Positions 26,983-28,904 of a DNA stretch of 28,904 nucleotides are shown here, piece after piece. The DNA comes from a virus (Duplodnaviria; Caudoviricetes): positions 1 through 28,904 of IMG/VR virus record IMGVR_UViG_3300010413_000127, one strand, 5' to 3'. The number at the start of each line of letters is the position of its first letter. Position 1 is the stretch's first letter. Made by a program: the position numbers and the translations under genes. The notes below the pieces were generated by a model, which did not search any database, had not been told where the DNA came from, and was given only the letters and a program-made list of their open reading frames with translations.

Positions 26983-28904
26983 ATGACTATTGACGTTTAT
27001 CCTGGTTGTCCCCTTCCAACCCATCATATAAAAATGAGCAAGGTCGGTATAGACGATATGGGTTTGATCTTGTGTCGTGAAGATGGTACCCCCGATCCCT
27101 TGAGTTTCCGGTATGAGCCACTACCGTCAAGTGGAATCAGAATGTATCAAGGCAACAAAGAATACTCCGATCAAGGTGACTTGTATCTTACAACCGAGTT
27201 AGACAACTGGAGTCTTGGGCGAGGTACGTATACTCACCACAAGAACCCTGGTGGTTTTGCCGAGTCTCAATATATGTATACGCTAAAAGAAGGCGAGCTT
27301 ATCCGCGGCGGTTTTCCCATGTATACAGACGGGATAGTCAGTGGTAATAAGTTTTGGTATCACTATAAACCGTCGACTGGTGGTTTCTTGGTTTATGATA
27401 CACATGCTTTACTTGATAGCGACGCTGTTGGTCCGTATGATTATCACGCTATGAAATTTACTACAGGCGCAAGCGGATACGATCTCACCCACCTTCACTT
27501 TATGGCGTATTATGTGGGTAATGCTGGAACATTAAGTGTTCAGATATGGAGTCACGACTCTGGCAACGATGACCCAAATACTCTTTTGCATACAATCGGA
27601 ACGGTGATAACGTATGGATACGACGAAAAGGTTATCTATGATATTCATTTGACCGACTCTAGCCCTTATACGTTGTCCGCATCTACAACATATTGGATCG
27701 TTTGGAAGTCCGATGAACTACCAGACTCGTCTAATTATTGGGGTATGCTCGGTGCAAGTAGTTGGGGGGTACCATCAGAGGGGCGATATGGCAATATTGC
27801 CTGGGTAGACAGTGGTGATGTTGTATTCTATCGTGCGTCCGGTCCTCGTGACGACTATAAAGCCCACCTATTTGAATATAAGTCCGCCTTGTTTGCGGCG
27901 CTAGAATATCTTGACGGTGGAGATAGCAAGCTATATATCAACGGTGATCAAGGTATGGTGACCAGCACAACCGGAACAACAACCGTGGTAGATGGGCTTG
28001 CAACCTGGGCGGCGGATGAGGCTATAGGTTGCATCATAAAGATTGTGCAAGGTCCTGGGTCAAACCAACCGCAAAATTGGAGGTTGATTACGGATAACGC
28101 CGCTACGTCAAGCGGAACTACTTCATTTGTTCACGACGCATGGGACCAGAACCCGACAAGTAGTAGCCTTGTTGTTGTTGTCGCCGCGGATCGGTGGGGT
28201 GTAGTAGACACGTCTACACCATGGTCGGGCAAGATTGTATATGATGTGCTTGTCATGGGCGGGATTATATATTTCACCCATGGCGATAGCGCCGCTATGA
28301 CAAGTCTAAGATTTTATAATAATAGTGGATCATGGGACGCCGATTGGAACACTAGTGAGGTTGGTCAATTTACTTACCTGGTGGATGGCGCCGACTCAGA
28401 TGGCGCGTATATCATGGGTGCTTATGGTGGGTATCCATCTCAGTATCAAATATCTAGCGCCCTGGAAGATGGGACCGCCCTAACCGGATCATCTCACACG
28501 GCGTTAGCATGGGAAGATGCGACTAGTGTTGGTAATCTCGGTGTAAGAATTAGGGGATTACAAAGGCACGGAGAATACGGAGAAATTTATATCTTCAAAG
28601 AGAACGGAGTCTACCGCGTTATCAATCGTTTACCCTACCTATTGCAAATATCAGAGATGGGAAACACAACTGACGATCGAAACGGTGTAGCCCACACTAG
28701 CCATGGTGTCTATCTTTGGTTTAGTTGGGCGGACACTGTTCTTAGATATTATGGATATTCGCTAGACGCTAAGGGTCCTAGCCAAGCTGAGGTTGGCTTG
28801 CCTAAGACTAGACAAGGCGCTATAAGTGCCTTGGAAACATACCCTGGAATGGTGATCGCGGCGATAGACGCCGGTGAAGATGATATCTCTAGTATCCTGG
28901 CATA
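26983..28904 (+). CDS. Large tail protein (nozzle/stabilisation, beta-propeller-like), truncated by the window end; not in the ORF track
   Basis: ATG at 26983, frame read as open to 28904 (MTIDVYPGCPLPTHHIKM...DNWSLGRG...IYIFKENGVY...YLWFSW...DAGEDDISSILA); beta-rich. Confidence 0.7.
   Translation, partial: MTIDVYPGCPLPTHHIKMSKVGIDDMGLILCREDGTPDPLSFRYEPLPSSGIRMYQGNKEYSDQGDLYLTTELDNWSLGRGTYTHHKNPGGFAESQYMYTLKEGELIRGGFPMYTDGIVSGNKFWYHYKPSTGGFLVYDTHALLDSDAVGPYDYHAMKFTTGASGYDLTHLHFMAYYVGNAGTLSVQIWSHDSGNDDPNTLLHTIGTVITYGYDEKVIYDIHLTDSSPYTLSASTTYWIVWKSDELPDSSNYWGMLGASSWGVPSEGRYGNIAWVDSGDVVFYRASGPRDDYKAHLFEYKSALFAALEYLDGGDSKLYINGDQGMVTSTTGTTTVVDGLATWAADEAIGCIIKIVQGPGSNQPQNWRLITDNAATSSGTTSFVHDAWDQNPTSSSLVVVVAADRWGVVDTSTPWSGKIVYDVLVMGGIIYFTHGDSAAMTSLRFYNNSGSWDADWNTSEVGQFTYLVDGADSDGAYIMGAYGGYPSQYQISSALEDGTALTGSSHTALAWEDATSVGNLGVRIRGLQRHGEYGEIYIFKENGVYRVINRLPYLLQISEMGNTTDDRNGVAHTSHGVYLWFSWADTVLRYYGYSLDAKGPSQAEVGLPKTRQGAISALETYPGMVIAAIDAGEDDISSILA

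Larger units (their letters stand above)
1..28904 (+). mobile_element. Tailed bacteriophage (Caudoviricetes, probably podovirus-like) late gene region; free phage or prophage cannot be told apart
   Basis: Co-oriented TerS-TerL-portal-scaffold-MCP-cement-fibre-adaptor genes with frequent overlapping stop/start codons; no host genes, integrase or att site seen. Confidence 0.95.

Noticed and set aside
1-28904. Stop-codon reassignment, introns/inteins, tRNA genes
   Set aside because: TAA, TGA and TAG all end genes at tight junctions; TerL, portal and MCP are of normal length and uninterrupted; no intergenic space or cloverleaf seen

Overview
The whole window is the late (lysis, packaging and virion) region of a tailed dsDNA phage. 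All credible genes are on the + strand, densely packed, and use the standard code. Order: sigma70-like promoter; holin-like and membrane proteins; calcineurin-like phosphoesterase; TerS; TerL; portal; two probable internal virion proteins; a 2974-aa polyvalent/ejection protein carrying an ADP-ribosyltransferase-like (ART-PolyVal) domain; internal promoter; scaffold; epsilon15/BPP-1-like major capsid protein; cement-like protein; hairpin; three glycosyltransferase genes encoding four GT-like domains (GT-A, GT61, DUF115/Maf/GT42-like fused to GT2); FmdB zinc ribbon; small structural proteins; a CxxCxxCC cysteine-cluster protein; a fibre with 22-aa repeats; adaptor; and a truncated nozzle-like tail protein. 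No tape measure, sheath or tube gene is visible here, so the virion is probably podovirus-like. The most interesting candidate system is a virion-modification module (glycosylation, possibly with a nonulosonate cap, plus a FliB/YkgJ-like enzyme) embedded in the capsid operon. All family assignments come from motif recognition by eye, not from database searches.
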